This document shows, in pieces, positions 45,484 through 55,700 of a DNA stretch of 64,000 bases (its first letter is position 1; every line of letters starts with the position of its first letter). The stretch is from a virus, in IMG/VR virus record IMGVR_UViG_3300042876_000313, positions 12,617-76,616 of that record; one strand, given 5' to 3'. A program made the translations under genes and the position numbers. The notes under the pieces are model-generated. The model had not been told where the DNA came from, did no database searches, and saw only the letters and a list, made by a program, of their open reading frames with translations.

Positions 45484-46968
45484 ATGCCAAACTCTGTTTT
45501 ACCCACCGAATTTAAGCAACTTATTCCGCGCTTTCAAAGCTCCATGTGCGGAAAGTTCATCCCAACCATAACCAATTTCATCCAGCGTTTTTACGACTAC
45601 TACTCCTACGAATACAACGAGGATGGTTCGTTCACCGATGAATTCAAGGCCGACCTCTGCGCCCTGGGATGTACGGAAGTTGGGTTGTGCCCGGTTCTGA
45701 AAACCGCTCCCATAATCGTAGCTGGAAACGCGACGGTTTCATTGACCTTTGAAGTGACCGGTCCAGTGCCATACGACTACGACCTGTTCCGCGCCATTGG
45801 CTATAACCAGAAGGCCGTAACGGTGGATGCTGGAACCAACAAGATCGCGCTCGCCACGCACGGCCTTGACGATGGCCGAAAGGTGAAGTTCACAGCCACC
45901 ACAATGCCCGGCGGATTGACCGCCAACCAGACATATTACGTCGTCTCATCGGCAGCGGGTGATTTCAAGGTTTCAACATCTTCGGGCGGTTCTGAAATTG
46001 ACATCACCAGCAATGGGACGGATGTGAAATTGACCGCTGTGGCACCGACAACCGATTCACTGTGGGATTCCGCCATCCAATCGGACACGGACATTGACGA
46101 TACCACATTGGTTCTGACGGACGCCACGGTGACTAACGATACGGTGTACTACTACCGCTTGGTGGTAAGCAAGTCTGGCTGCGCGAATTCCGAATACGTC
46201 ACCAATTCAGTTCTTCCAACCGCTTGCTACGTGACAGGCGATGATTACCTGTTCACCTTAACCCAAGGGGAGTCTGCTTTGACTGTGAACTTGACGGCGG
46301 CGGGGACGACCCCGATCCCCGATGGCACAACGGTAAAAATCTATCGCAGCACGAATCCCGCCGCCATTGGAACATTGGCCAATTCAGGCGCGTTCGCTGG
46401 TGGGACTTACACGTACACCGATGGTAGCCTGCAAATCGGGACGCGCTATTACTACACCGTCAAGGTTCAACAGACCGGGGCTTGCACGGAATATGAAATC
46501 CGCAAGGACGGGTACGCGACATCGAGTAATCAGCTTGACGCTCCAATTCTGTCGCTGAACGCTGGAATTCTAAGTTGGGCTGCTCAAGATGGGATCGGAG
46601 ATTACTGGGTATATGCGAATTCAACTTGTGGTGGAGGTTCAGAGCTTGTGGTTCCTGGGTCTGGAACTCATTTAATGAACGCTGTGAACCCGCTACACGC
46701 AACCAAAGACAATGCGACCAACCGATACTCGGTCAACTTGAACACGTTGAAATGGAATTGCTGCTACGGCCAGAACTGGTACGGAGCAGCCAACCCGTGG
46801 GTAAATGCTGGCCCATTACTTACCGGAAGTCAGGCTGAAACCTGCCAGAACATGCTTGGTGCCAAGCCTCAAAAGAGCTACCAGATCGTTGTGGTTGGAT
46901 CAGGCCCACCGTTGAGCGGTGTGGTGACGCACGAAGCCAGAACCGTTTTCCAAATCGTCAGGGGATAA
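45484..46968 (+). CDS. Tail fibre/appendage protein with FN3-like domains
   Basis: ATHGLDDG.KVKF...GGLTANQTYYVV domain; YYYRLVV and YYYTVKV strands; no signal peptide. Confidence 0.65.
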   Translation: MPNSVLPTEFKQLIPRFQSSMCGKFIPTITNFIQRFYDYYSYEYNEDGSFTDEFKADLCALGCTEVGLCPVLKTAPIIVAGNATVSLTFEVTGPVPYDYDLFRAIGYNQKAVTVDAGTNKIALATHGLDDGRKVKFTATTMPGGLTANQTYYVVSSAAGDFKVSTSSGGSEIDITSNGTDVKLTAVAPTTDSLWDSAIQSDTDIDDTTLVLTDATVTNDTVYYYRLVVSKSGCANSEYVTNSVLPTACYVTGDDYLFTLTQGESALTVNLTAAGTTPIPDGTTVKIYRSTNPAAIGTLANSGAFAGGTYTYTDGSLQIGTRYYYTVKVQQTGACTEYEIRKDGYATSSNQLDAPILSLNAGILSWAAQDGIGDYWVYANSTCGGGSELVVPGSGTHLMNAVNPLHATKDNATNRYSVNLNTLKWNCCYGQNWYGAANPWVNAGPLLTGSQAETCQNMLGAKPQKSYQIVVVGSGPPLSGVVTHEARTVFQIVRG

Positions 46969-46969
46969 A

Positions 46970-49120
46970 ATGCCAACGACATCCGTAAAGCAAATCAGAC
47001 CGTTGCTCGCCCAGTTGAACAACCGGGAGCAACCGGATGTCTTGCCGATTGGCACGGCCCGGAGCCGGGTGTACCTGTCAACGGTTGACGGTAAGCTGGC
47101 GCGGGCGCACGGCTTCCGCCGGTTCCTTGACCAAGACCCGTACTGCAACCAAGACCTGCACGACCAACTGTTGCCCCTGCAAATCCGGTATCTGGACACC
47201 GTTCCGAAAACGGACGGAGCGGATGACGTTGAGGCGTACCCATCGGCTAAGTGTGGTGCGGTACTTCAAGTTGGGGATCGCGGCGTCGAGCATGTGACCC
47301 TGCTGCGCGAGATTCAGAGCGCGTTCGGTTCGCGCTACCTGCTGGCCGGCACGCAATCGCGCCTTTATCTGCTGAACGAAACCACGGGAAACTACCGGAT
47401 GTTGGCGGACGGGTTCGGCGGCGAGATAAACGATGCTCTGGAAGTCCGCTGGCGCGTGGCTGTGCTGAATGACGAGGTGGTAGCCACCAACAATGTTGAC
47501 CGGATTCAGCATTGGCTGCTGGACGACCCCATAACGGGATGCAACATGCAGGCGTTCCAGCCGATAACCGACCTTGAAACCATTCGGGTGTACCGGGCCA
47601 AGATCGTGGTCGAATACATGGGCTATCTGGTGCTGATGAACCTGCACATTGGAGGGAGTCCTATGCCGGGGAAGGTCACTTGGAGTCCAAGGTATCTGCC
47701 GCTGACCCATGACCCGGTGGACATCAAGATTGACGTGGATTCTCAATCTGACCAGAACCTACCAAATCAGGTCATTCTGAACGCCGTTGAATTTGAAGGT
47801 TTAATGGCGATTTTTACCGATCAAGGCATCTGGTCAATGAACGTCACCGGGAATTCAACCACTCCATTCGACTTCGCCCCGATGTACCGGCAGACCAGCG
47901 GACTTTACAAGTGCCTGGCCTTTCCGAATACACTGGTTTCCACGGGCGAAATGCTGTTCTGGTGCGGGCGCGACCAGATTTATTCCATGAGCGGCTCGAC
48001 CAGTGGGCCGATTACCATCGAATGGATCAAGAACGCCTCGAAGAAACTGTTCGATGAGATCAACAAAGGCTGCTGCGAATCGCATGTGGCCGTGTTCAAT
48101 CCAATCACCGAAGAAATTTGGATTTCCTACGCCTCCGGGGATTCGTGCGTGCCCAATCAAACGCTGGTGCTGAATCTCAGGTATCAGACCGCGTACTACC
48201 GGCCAGAGGGGTACACCGCTTTCGCCATGTTCCGGTCGGATGCGCGGGTGAACTTCCGGGATTTCCTGTGGCAGAACTGCGTATGCACCCCAGCCGCGCT
48301 GACCACCGAGTACATCAAGGAAGGGCTTCCCTGCACCGATCCTGACTGCGATTTCATCCCGGATGCCGTGTTCACGGCGGACGCATCGGTGACAACGGTT
48401 GACCCGGACGACGCGCAGAACCCCATCATAACCGAGGATTACGATGCCGCCGAAGCTTCCGAACATTCGCTGTGCGCCCTGTTGGGTGATAAGAAGGCGA
48501 GCGATTACTGTCAGGAGTGCAACGAGGAACAGATTTTCGTGGGTGCCTACGCGGTGGACAAGTGCCTTAAGGACATCGGGCCGGCGGCTTACTCGCTGGA
48601 AATATGCCAGATCGCCGGGCTGTCGGGTGATCGAACCGGGTACACCTTGGCCCCGCCTACGGTTGACGCCAACTCCTACGTCTCGCTGGGCTACAACTCA
48701 TCGCTGGTGCTTGGCCCGATTGCGCTAGGCGATTCCGAGCAGGAAGTCAACATGCAATGGGTGAACCTGTTCTACCGTGCGGACATCTCCGCGTGGCCGT
48801 GCGCCATCGGGTTGACCGTTGGGGTGGCGTCGGTGCCCCTGGATTCCAACGATGATTCGTGCCCGATTGTCTGGCATGACCCGGAATACAAGATGCTTGA
48901 GTGCATCAACGACCAGTCGCCCGATGAGTACAAATCGAACAACGAGCGTCCAATCCTCAAGATGAACTGGCCATTGCTTCGGACGGCGCGGTATTTGTAC
49001 CTGCGATTCGACATCGTGGGGCTGTCGCAGACCGGACAGATTGACAGCGCGAAGGTGCCAGCCATTGGCGGCGTGTGCGACCTTTACTCGCTCGAACTGC
49101 GGTATCAATCACGCAAATGA
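46970..49120 (+). CDS. Tail tubular B / gp10-like DNA-stabilisation protein
   Basis: 716-aa beta-rich (propeller-like) protein preceding the ejection proteins; EEIWISY...TLVLN. Confidence 0.65.
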   Translation: MPTTSVKQIRPLLAQLNNREQPDVLPIGTARSRVYLSTVDGKLARAHGFRRFLDQDPYCNQDLHDQLLPLQIRYLDTVPKTDGADDVEAYPSAKCGAVLQVGDRGVEHVTLLREIQSAFGSRYLLAGTQSRLYLLNETTGNYRMLADGFGGEINDALEVRWRVAVLNDEVVATNNVDRIQHWLLDDPITGCNMQAFQPITDLETIRVYRAKIVVEYMGYLVLMNLHIGGSPMPGKVTWSPRYLPLTHDPVDIKIDVDSQSDQNLPNQVILNAVEFEGLMAIFTDQGIWSMNVTGNSTTPFDFAPMYRQTSGLYKCLAFPNTLVSTGEMLFWCGRDQIYSMSGSTSGPITIEWIKNASKKLFDEINKGCCESHVAVFNPITEEIWISYASGDSCVPNQTLVLNLRYQTAYYRPEGYTAFAMFRSDARVNFRDFLWQNCVCTPAALTTEYIKEGLPCTDPDCDFIPDAVFTADASVTTVDPDDAQNPIITEDYDAAEASEHSLCALLGDKKASDYCQECNEEQIFVGAYAVDKCLKDIGPAAYSLEICQIAGLSGDRTGYTLAPPTVDANSYVSLGYNSSLVLGPIALGDSEQEVNMQWVNLFYRADISAWPCAIGLTVGVASVPLDSNDDSCPIVWHDPEYKMLECINDQSPDEYKSNNERPILKMNWPLLRTARYLYLRFDIVGLSQTGQIDSAKVPAIGGVCDLYSLELRYQSRK

Positions 49121-49605
49121 TTACCAACACCAAATATTCACCGCCGGAACCGGACTTCCCGGTTCCCCTGCCTGAGTCGGTGTTGGAGAAATACCCGGAG
49201 TTGGAGACGTGGCAGGGTGAAAACAAGATCGCGTGGCGCCGATGGTGGGAACTGCTGAATTCGCCGATCCTTGGGCAGAGTGTGGCAACCAGATCGCGGG
49301 CGGCGTGGCGCGAGCGCATCCGGCCTGTCCCACCGTTTCCCGCCCCGTTACCCCACCGTATGCTGGTGAAATTCCCCGACCTGATGCAGTGGCAGCAGGA
49401 TAACGCGGTGGCGTGGGATGACATTTGCAAGTCGCTGCACATCCTGCGCTCCGGGGAGATCGAGTACGGCGACAACGTGACCACCGCCGCCGAGGCGTCA
49501 CTGGAATCGGTGTACGGAATTCATTACAAACCACAAAACCAACTGGAAACACCGAAGGAATACAAGAATTGGAATAATCCAAATGCCAATCGTACCACGC
49601 AATAA
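49117..49605 (+). CDS. Small tail protein with two internal repeats
   Basis: P.FP.PLP..+L.K(Y/F)P(E/D)L..WQ x2. Confidence 0.65.
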   Translation: MITNTKYSPPEPDFPVPLPESVLEKYPELETWQGENKIAWRRWWELLNSPILGQSVATRSRAAWRERIRPVPPFPAPLPHRMLVKFPDLMQWQQDNAVAWDDICKSLHILRSGEIEYGDNVTTAAEASLESVYGIHYKPQNQLETPKEYKNWNNPNANRTTQ

Positions 49606-49810
49606 AGTGTTCGCCAATGAATCGGCCCCGCCGTTCCCGGCTCCGCTGCCGCGCAAAGTGGTGCGCCAATTCCCGGAGTTGAATGGGTGGGAAAAGAAGA
49701 ACGCGGAACTGCTGGTGGAAATTCGTAAGAACCTGCACATCACGGCGGGGAGCGATTTGGAAATGATGGACACGAAGCCGCACAATATGTACGATTCGGT
49801 CTTGGCATAA
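49583..49810 (+). CDS. Small tail protein, paralog of the preceding repeat
   Basis: PPFPAPLPRKVVRQFPELNGW. Confidence 0.65.
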   Translation: MPIVPRNKVFANESAPPFPAPLPRKVVRQFPELNGWEKKNAELLVEIRKNLHITAGSDLEMMDTKPHNMYDSVLA

Positions 49811-49822
49811 GAAAGGCAAATT

Positions 49823-51301
49823 ATGGCTATTGGTGCTGTCAACAAAACTTACGGGAGTTACGGCGACCTGCTGAAAAACTTCGATTACCAAGGCGCGGTC
49901 AATTCGCTGGGCTACACGGCGCAAGACCCGTTCGGTAAGGTGTACTCGCCAGCGGGCGGCAAGACGGCCACGGCGACGGGGGGCGGTGCGCCTGCGGCAG
50001 GAGCCAATACCAGCACCAGCGGGGCGTTCTGGCGCGAGCAACTGTCCAAGAACCCGGCCTTGAGTTCGGCCTTGGAAACCATCATCGGTTCCATGAGCGG
50101 GAACACTGCTGCCAATCAATCGGCGGTTGACCAGTTCACCAAGGCCATGCAGGCCATTGCCAAGCAGAACGAGGGGTTGACTGGCCAGCAGATGGGCGCG
50201 GCCAATGCGCCGTTTGACGGGACGCTGGCGGCGAACCTGGGCAAGACCCGGAGCGACTGGGCGACATCGGCGGGGGCGGCGGCGGACAAGACCAATGCCG
50301 ACATCACCGGGGCGTTGAACGAGTGGAACACCGGGCAGATTGGCCGGATCGGGTCGCTCAAAGACCAGTTGGCCTCACAGCTTGGCCAGTCGGTGGACGC
50401 TATGCGTAACCAGATCGGGTCTGCTTATGGGCAGGAACAGGCCGCCAACGCGCAGTACGGCACCTTGCGGAACCGGCTATCGGCTCTGGCGCAGAACCGG
50501 GCAATGAACCAGATTTTGGCGCGGACAGCCCCCGGATTGGGGTCTGCCATGTCGGGCTTGAACAGCCGGGTAGCCCTGCGGATGGGCAGCGATGCCGGGG
50601 CGGAAGATGCCCTGCTTATCTCGCAAATGAACCGGGAAGCCTTGGCCCGGAAGCTGGCCGGGGAAGCTGGACTGCTGGAAACCCAAGCGAACCTTGGCCG
50701 GGCGGACATTCAGAACATCGGCGGCTTGGGCATGAACCAGGCCGACAACTATTACAAGCAGTTGGCGGCGACCCAAGGGGCGGACGCGGCCCGGCGCCAG
50801 TTCATCATTGACCAGATCAGCGGTCAGGGGGCCATCTCCGACATCGGTTACGTGGGTGGCCAGCAGGCCGCTTGGTTTGGCCGGCCACAGCAGCTTTTGG
50901 CGGCGAACGCGGCGAACTACCTGGCCCCGGTGCAGGCCCGGCAGTCGGCTCTTTCGGGCGAGTTGGGGCTTATCAATCAGGGCGGTCAGGCGTTGAACGC
51001 GGCGAACTGGCTGGCGGTGGGCACGCCGGGGAATGTGGGTGGGACACCCCGGTACTCGATGCCGCCGCCAATGGTGGACTACGGCAGCGCGGTGACCTAC
51101 GGCTACGATGGCTTTGGGTACGCCCCGCCGACGACCGGGAATCCGAATAACTTCCGGTTGACCACACGGCAGGTTCCGGCGGTGGCGCAAGCCCCGGCGG
51201 TGAACGCCTTTGACCAGTGGTACACGGGCGGCGGGATGGCCGGGATTGACCCGAACTACGCTTGGGATTACAGCAACGTGAATCCGGCAATGTACGAATA
51301 A
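49823..51301 (+). CDS. Internal virion / DNA ejection protein
   Basis: A/G/Q/N-rich, Cys-free, helical; typical position. Confidence 0.7.
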   Translation: MAIGAVNKTYGSYGDLLKNFDYQGAVNSLGYTAQDPFGKVYSPAGGKTATATGGGAPAAGANTSTSGAFWREQLSKNPALSSALETIIGSMSGNTAANQSAVDQFTKAMQAIAKQNEGLTGQQMGAANAPFDGTLAANLGKTRSDWATSAGAAADKTNADITGALNEWNTGQIGRIGSLKDQLASQLGQSVDAMRNQIGSAYGQEQAANAQYGTLRNRLSALAQNRAMNQILARTAPGLGSAMSGLNSRVALRMGSDAGAEDALLISQMNREALARKLAGEAGLLETQANLGRADIQNIGGLGMNQADNYYKQLAATQGADAARRQFIIDQISGQGAISDIGYVGGQQAAWFGRPQQLLAANAANYLAPVQARQSALSGELGLINQGGQALNAANWLAVGTPGNVGGTPRYSMPPPMVDYGSAVTYGYDGFGYAPPTTGNPNNFRLTTRQVPAVAQAPAVNAFDQWYTGGGMAGIDPNYAWDYSNVNPAMYE

Positions 51302-51311
51302 GGAGGATTAT

Positions 51312-52733
51312 ATGGCCTACTTTGGAAGCACAATCGAAGGCGCGGCAGGGACGGCGTTGCAGGCGGCGAACAGCATTGCCGACCGAGAGGCCGCGAGCGC
51401 GTGGCAGCGGTACAACGCGATGGCCCAGCAGCAACAGCAACAGGCGCAGATGGAGCAGGCGCGATGGGCCAACCAGATGGCTTTGAAGCAGGCTGCCGAG
51501 TCGGACTATTGGCGGCGTCAACAGGCTCAGACTGCCGCTGACCAGTTCAAAACTTCCGTTGGGATTACCCGCGAGCAGATGGCGCAGGCGGCGGCTGACC
51601 GGGCTTCAAACCTCGCTTTTAGCCGGGAGAAACTGGCGGCTGACAAGTCGTATGCTGAGGAATCCAAAGCGGAAAACATGGCGGCTCGTAAAAACCAACC
51701 AAACCTTTTTGGTTATGACTGGATGGACGCCAATGCGCGAGCGGAAGAATTAAAAGCCAAAAACGAGGAACTTCGCCAAGCCATTCAAGAATCTCAGAAG
51801 ATGGCTTTACGTTATGGCGGAAGTGTTGATCCCAGAACTGGATTCATTTTGTTCCCGAAGGGTTACAATCCAGACGCCGTAATGAAGGCCAGTCCGTATA
51901 ACCGGCAGATTCAGGATGCCACGAAGCGATTGGAATCAAACCTGCGAGAATATCAAGTCGCCGAAGCTGACCGACAACGAATTTCACGGGAAGCGAGGCA
52001 GGCCGGAATTTCATTTACGGTTGACCCGGAAACTGGCGGTTGGGTGGGGCACTCAATCTACTTTAATGAGCCGGTGAAGCTGGATGCGTATGGAACTCCC
52101 CCTTTAAGCAGGACAGTTCCAACAGGACAAACCACTCCGACATTCCCATACAAATTCACGGAACTTCCAAACATGACGGGCGCGAAGAACCTGAGTTTTA
52201 CGCCGGATTATTTTCCTCAGACTCCACAATCCTCAGTTCCTCAAGTCTCCAAATCAGGGCCGCGTAGGAACTACAACTACTGGTTCCAAGGGCCATTGAC
52301 GAAGGATAGGTACATCAGTGATTTCGCTGGATTCACTTTGGCCAACGCATTGGAGCCAATCGCGGCAATCAAAGACGCTTACGACTATGGAAAAGGAATT
52401 GACCGTTCCATCGTCGAATCAACCGGGACGCCATATCGAGCGGGATACGCTGGCCGCGCTTGGAATTCTTTCCTTGGAACTCCGGTTTCAAACGACCCAT
52501 CATTGGTGTTTCCAGAAGGAGCCGTTCCAACTGGACGACGCCAGAGGTTTTTAGCTCGGCCAGCATATTTCAGACAAGCTCCAGAGCCGGTAGCGGTTCC
52601 GGTTGCACCACCGACTTCGACAGTGACGAATCGGACAGCGGTTCCAATCGTGGCAACGCAGAGCGAATTTGACTCCCTTCCAAGTGGGGCGGTTTACATC
52701 GGTTCAAACGGCAGACGATACAGGAAGCCATAA
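51312..52733 (+). CDS. Internal virion / DNA ejection protein
   Basis: Q/A-rich; C-terminal EFDSLPSGAVYIGSNGRRYRKP motif common to podophage ejection proteins; AGGAGG RBS. Confidence 0.7.
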   Translation: MAYFGSTIEGAAGTALQAANSIADREAASAWQRYNAMAQQQQQQAQMEQARWANQMALKQAAESDYWRRQQAQTAADQFKTSVGITREQMAQAAADRASNLAFSREKLAADKSYAEESKAENMAARKNQPNLFGYDWMDANARAEELKAKNEELRQAIQESQKMALRYGGSVDPRTGFILFPKGYNPDAVMKASPYNRQIQDATKRLESNLREYQVAEADRQRISREARQAGISFTVDPETGGWVGHSIYFNEPVKLDAYGTPPLSRTVPTGQTTPTFPYKFTELPNMTGAKNLSFTPDYFPQTPQSSVPQVSKSGPRRNYNYWFQGPLTKDRYISDFAGFTLANALEPIAAIKDAYDYGKGIDRSIVESTGTPYRAGYAGRAWNSFLGTPVSNDPSLVFPEGAVPTGRRQRFLARPAYFRQAPEPVAVPVAPPTSTVTNRTAVPIVATQSEFDSLPSGAVYIGSNGRRYRKP

Positions 52734-52734
52734 T

Positions 52735-55700
52735 ATGCCTGATAAATTCGGCGGGATTGAGGTTGACGAATTTGGCGGGGTGATGGTGGATGAACCAGTT
52801 TCACCGCCAACGGTGCGCCCGCCCGGCGCGCTGCCGGTCGAGCCAGCGTTCAACCGGGAGGTCGCGGCGACGGACGTTCCACTGGGCAGCGTCGGGCGCG
52901 GCATTGAATCGGGCGGTGCGCTGCTTGGCCGTGGGGCTGGTGGTACGCTTGAGTTCGTGGAAAAGGGCGGTGTTCCAGGGATGGCACTCCGCAAGGTGCT
53001 TGGCGATGACATCGGCGGAACGATTGGCAAGGTGATTGGGACTGTGACCACTGCGCCATTACAGGCGGTCGGTGCGCTGGGCAGACTGGCGGGTGGCGGT
53101 GAGGTCGTGGCCCCATCGGGTCAAGCGGCATCGGACTACTGGAAGCAGAAATCCGAGGACATTGGCCAACGGCAGGAGAAATTCGACCCCGGCGCGTACA
53201 GTTTTCAGCTTTCACAGGGAGCCGTCAGCACGGTTCCGTCTCTGGCTGCTGGGCCGGCTGGTCTTACGGCGATGGCGGCGGTGGCCGGCGCACAGGTATT
53301 CGGAAGCACCTTGGCCGACGCGGCGGACGCCTACGAGAAGCAGGGGATGACCCGGCAGCAGGCGATTGACAAGGCTGCACCGTGGGCCGCTCTGGACGGG
53401 TTGCAGACGGCTTTGCTGACGCGCATTATGCCGTATGGCGAGGCGTCCATTGCGGCGGCTATGAAAGCGGGTGGTGCCAAAGAAGCCACGAATGTAGCCG
53501 CTGAAATCGTCAACAAGTATTTCAAAAAGCTGACCAACTTTGGCCCACAACTTCCCGCCGCACTGAATAAGCCAGCCAGATTTTTGAGCGCGTTTGCTAA
53601 GGGAGCAGCCGGGGAAGCGGCCGAGGAAGGCATCAACCAAATCCTGAGTGGTGCGATTTCAAAATGGTCGTATGAACCGGACAAGACATGGGCGCAAATA
53701 TGGGATGAAGCCAAACTTGCCGGGAGCATTGGTGGAGTGCTTGGCGGAATGATGGAGCCGGGTGGTAATTTGCTTGGGAAGGCGTTGGACAGGAATCAGC
53801 CTTCGACTGGACAGGTTCCGATCACGCCGCCGGGATCAATCCCGCAACCGGAATATCAACTGGGCGAAGTCCCGGTGTTTGGGATTTCGGGCATGGTTCC
53901 ACGCGACACGATTTTCGAGACGCCGAGAATTCAACTCCCGACTGCGCCTGTTAAACCGGCTGGTGAATCGTACTTCCAAAGACCCGCACCAACTCCCGAT
54001 GTGGAACTTGGCCTACGCGAAGGTGCGCCGGACATTGGCAGCACGCGCACACCGATTGACCGGATGATGGACATTGGCTCGCCGGGAACGGTTGACCGAG
54101 CGATTGACGAGGCGGCTGCGCGTAGAGCGGCACCGTCAACCAGTCCAGTTCGATTGGCGCGTGGTGAACTAACCGGCCCTGTGGAAAGCGAGCCGACTTC
54201 GAGACTGGTTCAACTTTTGAAAGCGCGGTCACAGCAGCAACCGTCAACTCAACCAACTGAATCCTATGCCAGCACAATACGAGGCGGTGAAAAAGTCGTA
54301 CCTAAAGCGCGGTTATCCGGCCAAACGGGCGAAGGGAATCGCGGCGGCGGTGTGGAACAAGCAGCATCCCGACAACCCGAACCCGTGGCTGCGGGAACGG
54401 AAGGCGCGGCTGCGAAGGCACCGGACTTCATAGCTGGTGTTGCTTCACAGCGGCCAACTGGAAAAGTGGGTGGAATTGTTTGGGACATTCGTAATGGCCG
54501 AATTGGAGGTCTTAAAGCCAAGGTGTTGATGCGAGATTACGGCGACACAAAAGCTTTGGTTGAAATCAATGGCGAGCGATTTGTCATTGATGATTCCACC
54601 CGCCTGAAAACCGCTGGAATCGAAACCGACTATTCATCTAAGGTTGCTTCGCAGTATTTCAAGGGCGTGAAAACAGCCAAAGACCTGAATGATTTACTGG
54701 CAAAATACCCGAAACTTGGGTTTGAAGATTTCAAGAATTACAAGAAGGTAGGCGACCAGTACGTTTACCAGCCGACCAAGCAACCGTCAGCCGAAACTGG
54801 AATCGTTGATACGATTGCTGGAAAGATGGGCCTTCAAGAATTTGAGCAGAAAGGGTACTCGCCGGAACAGGTGACAAAATCTGACTGGGTGAACCTTCAA
54901 CGAGCAGAGCGACGCAGGCTTGGTCAACAAGAGGGCGGTGATAGCGAATACTTGCCGTGGGGTGAATATGAGCAGTACCACCGTGATGCGGTAATGCGGG
55001 CCTTGGCCAAAGGTGAAGAAGTTGACCCAGAAGTTTTGAAGGACTACCCGGATTTGAAGCCGACCAAGCAACCGGCTGTCGAGCCACCCGAAAGGCAGGT
55101 GAAAGCGATTATTTCAACTAAAGACCCAAGGTTGATGGATGATTCTGATATTTCAAAAGAGGTATCAGCGTTGGATAATGAAATGCTTCCATTGTGGAAT
55201 CAACTGGAAGCACTTGGGGATAGTGCTTATGTAAAAGGGGGAAGGAACTCTCCAGAAGCACAGGTTATTTACAATAAAATCAAACCGTTTGGTGACAGAA
55301 AGGCATCCCTGCTATCTGAGCAGACTCGCCGCAATAACGAAGCGCAGAACAAGCGGAACCTTGAAGCCAGAGATAAGCGAGTTGCTGAGGCTCCGGTTTA
55401 CCAGACTCGAAACGGTTGGGAAATTATCAAAGACGGTTTCGATTATGTTCTGCGCGATCCGGTAACGAAGGAGGATGTTTACCGTGGAAAACTTAGCCGT
55501 GTGCGAGAAGTGGCAGACGAATCAGCACCCGAAAGGCAGGTGATACAGAATGAAGAAAAAAGGCAAGAAGGGCTGCAAGTAAATCAGCCAGTCGAACAAC
55601 CAATTAAACCGGCGGTGGCGGCTCCGGGGGAAGGGTCAATTCCTATCCCGCCGCAATCCCCCACCCAACTGCCGCCGGTTGCTCCTGCCGCGCCGAAGTC

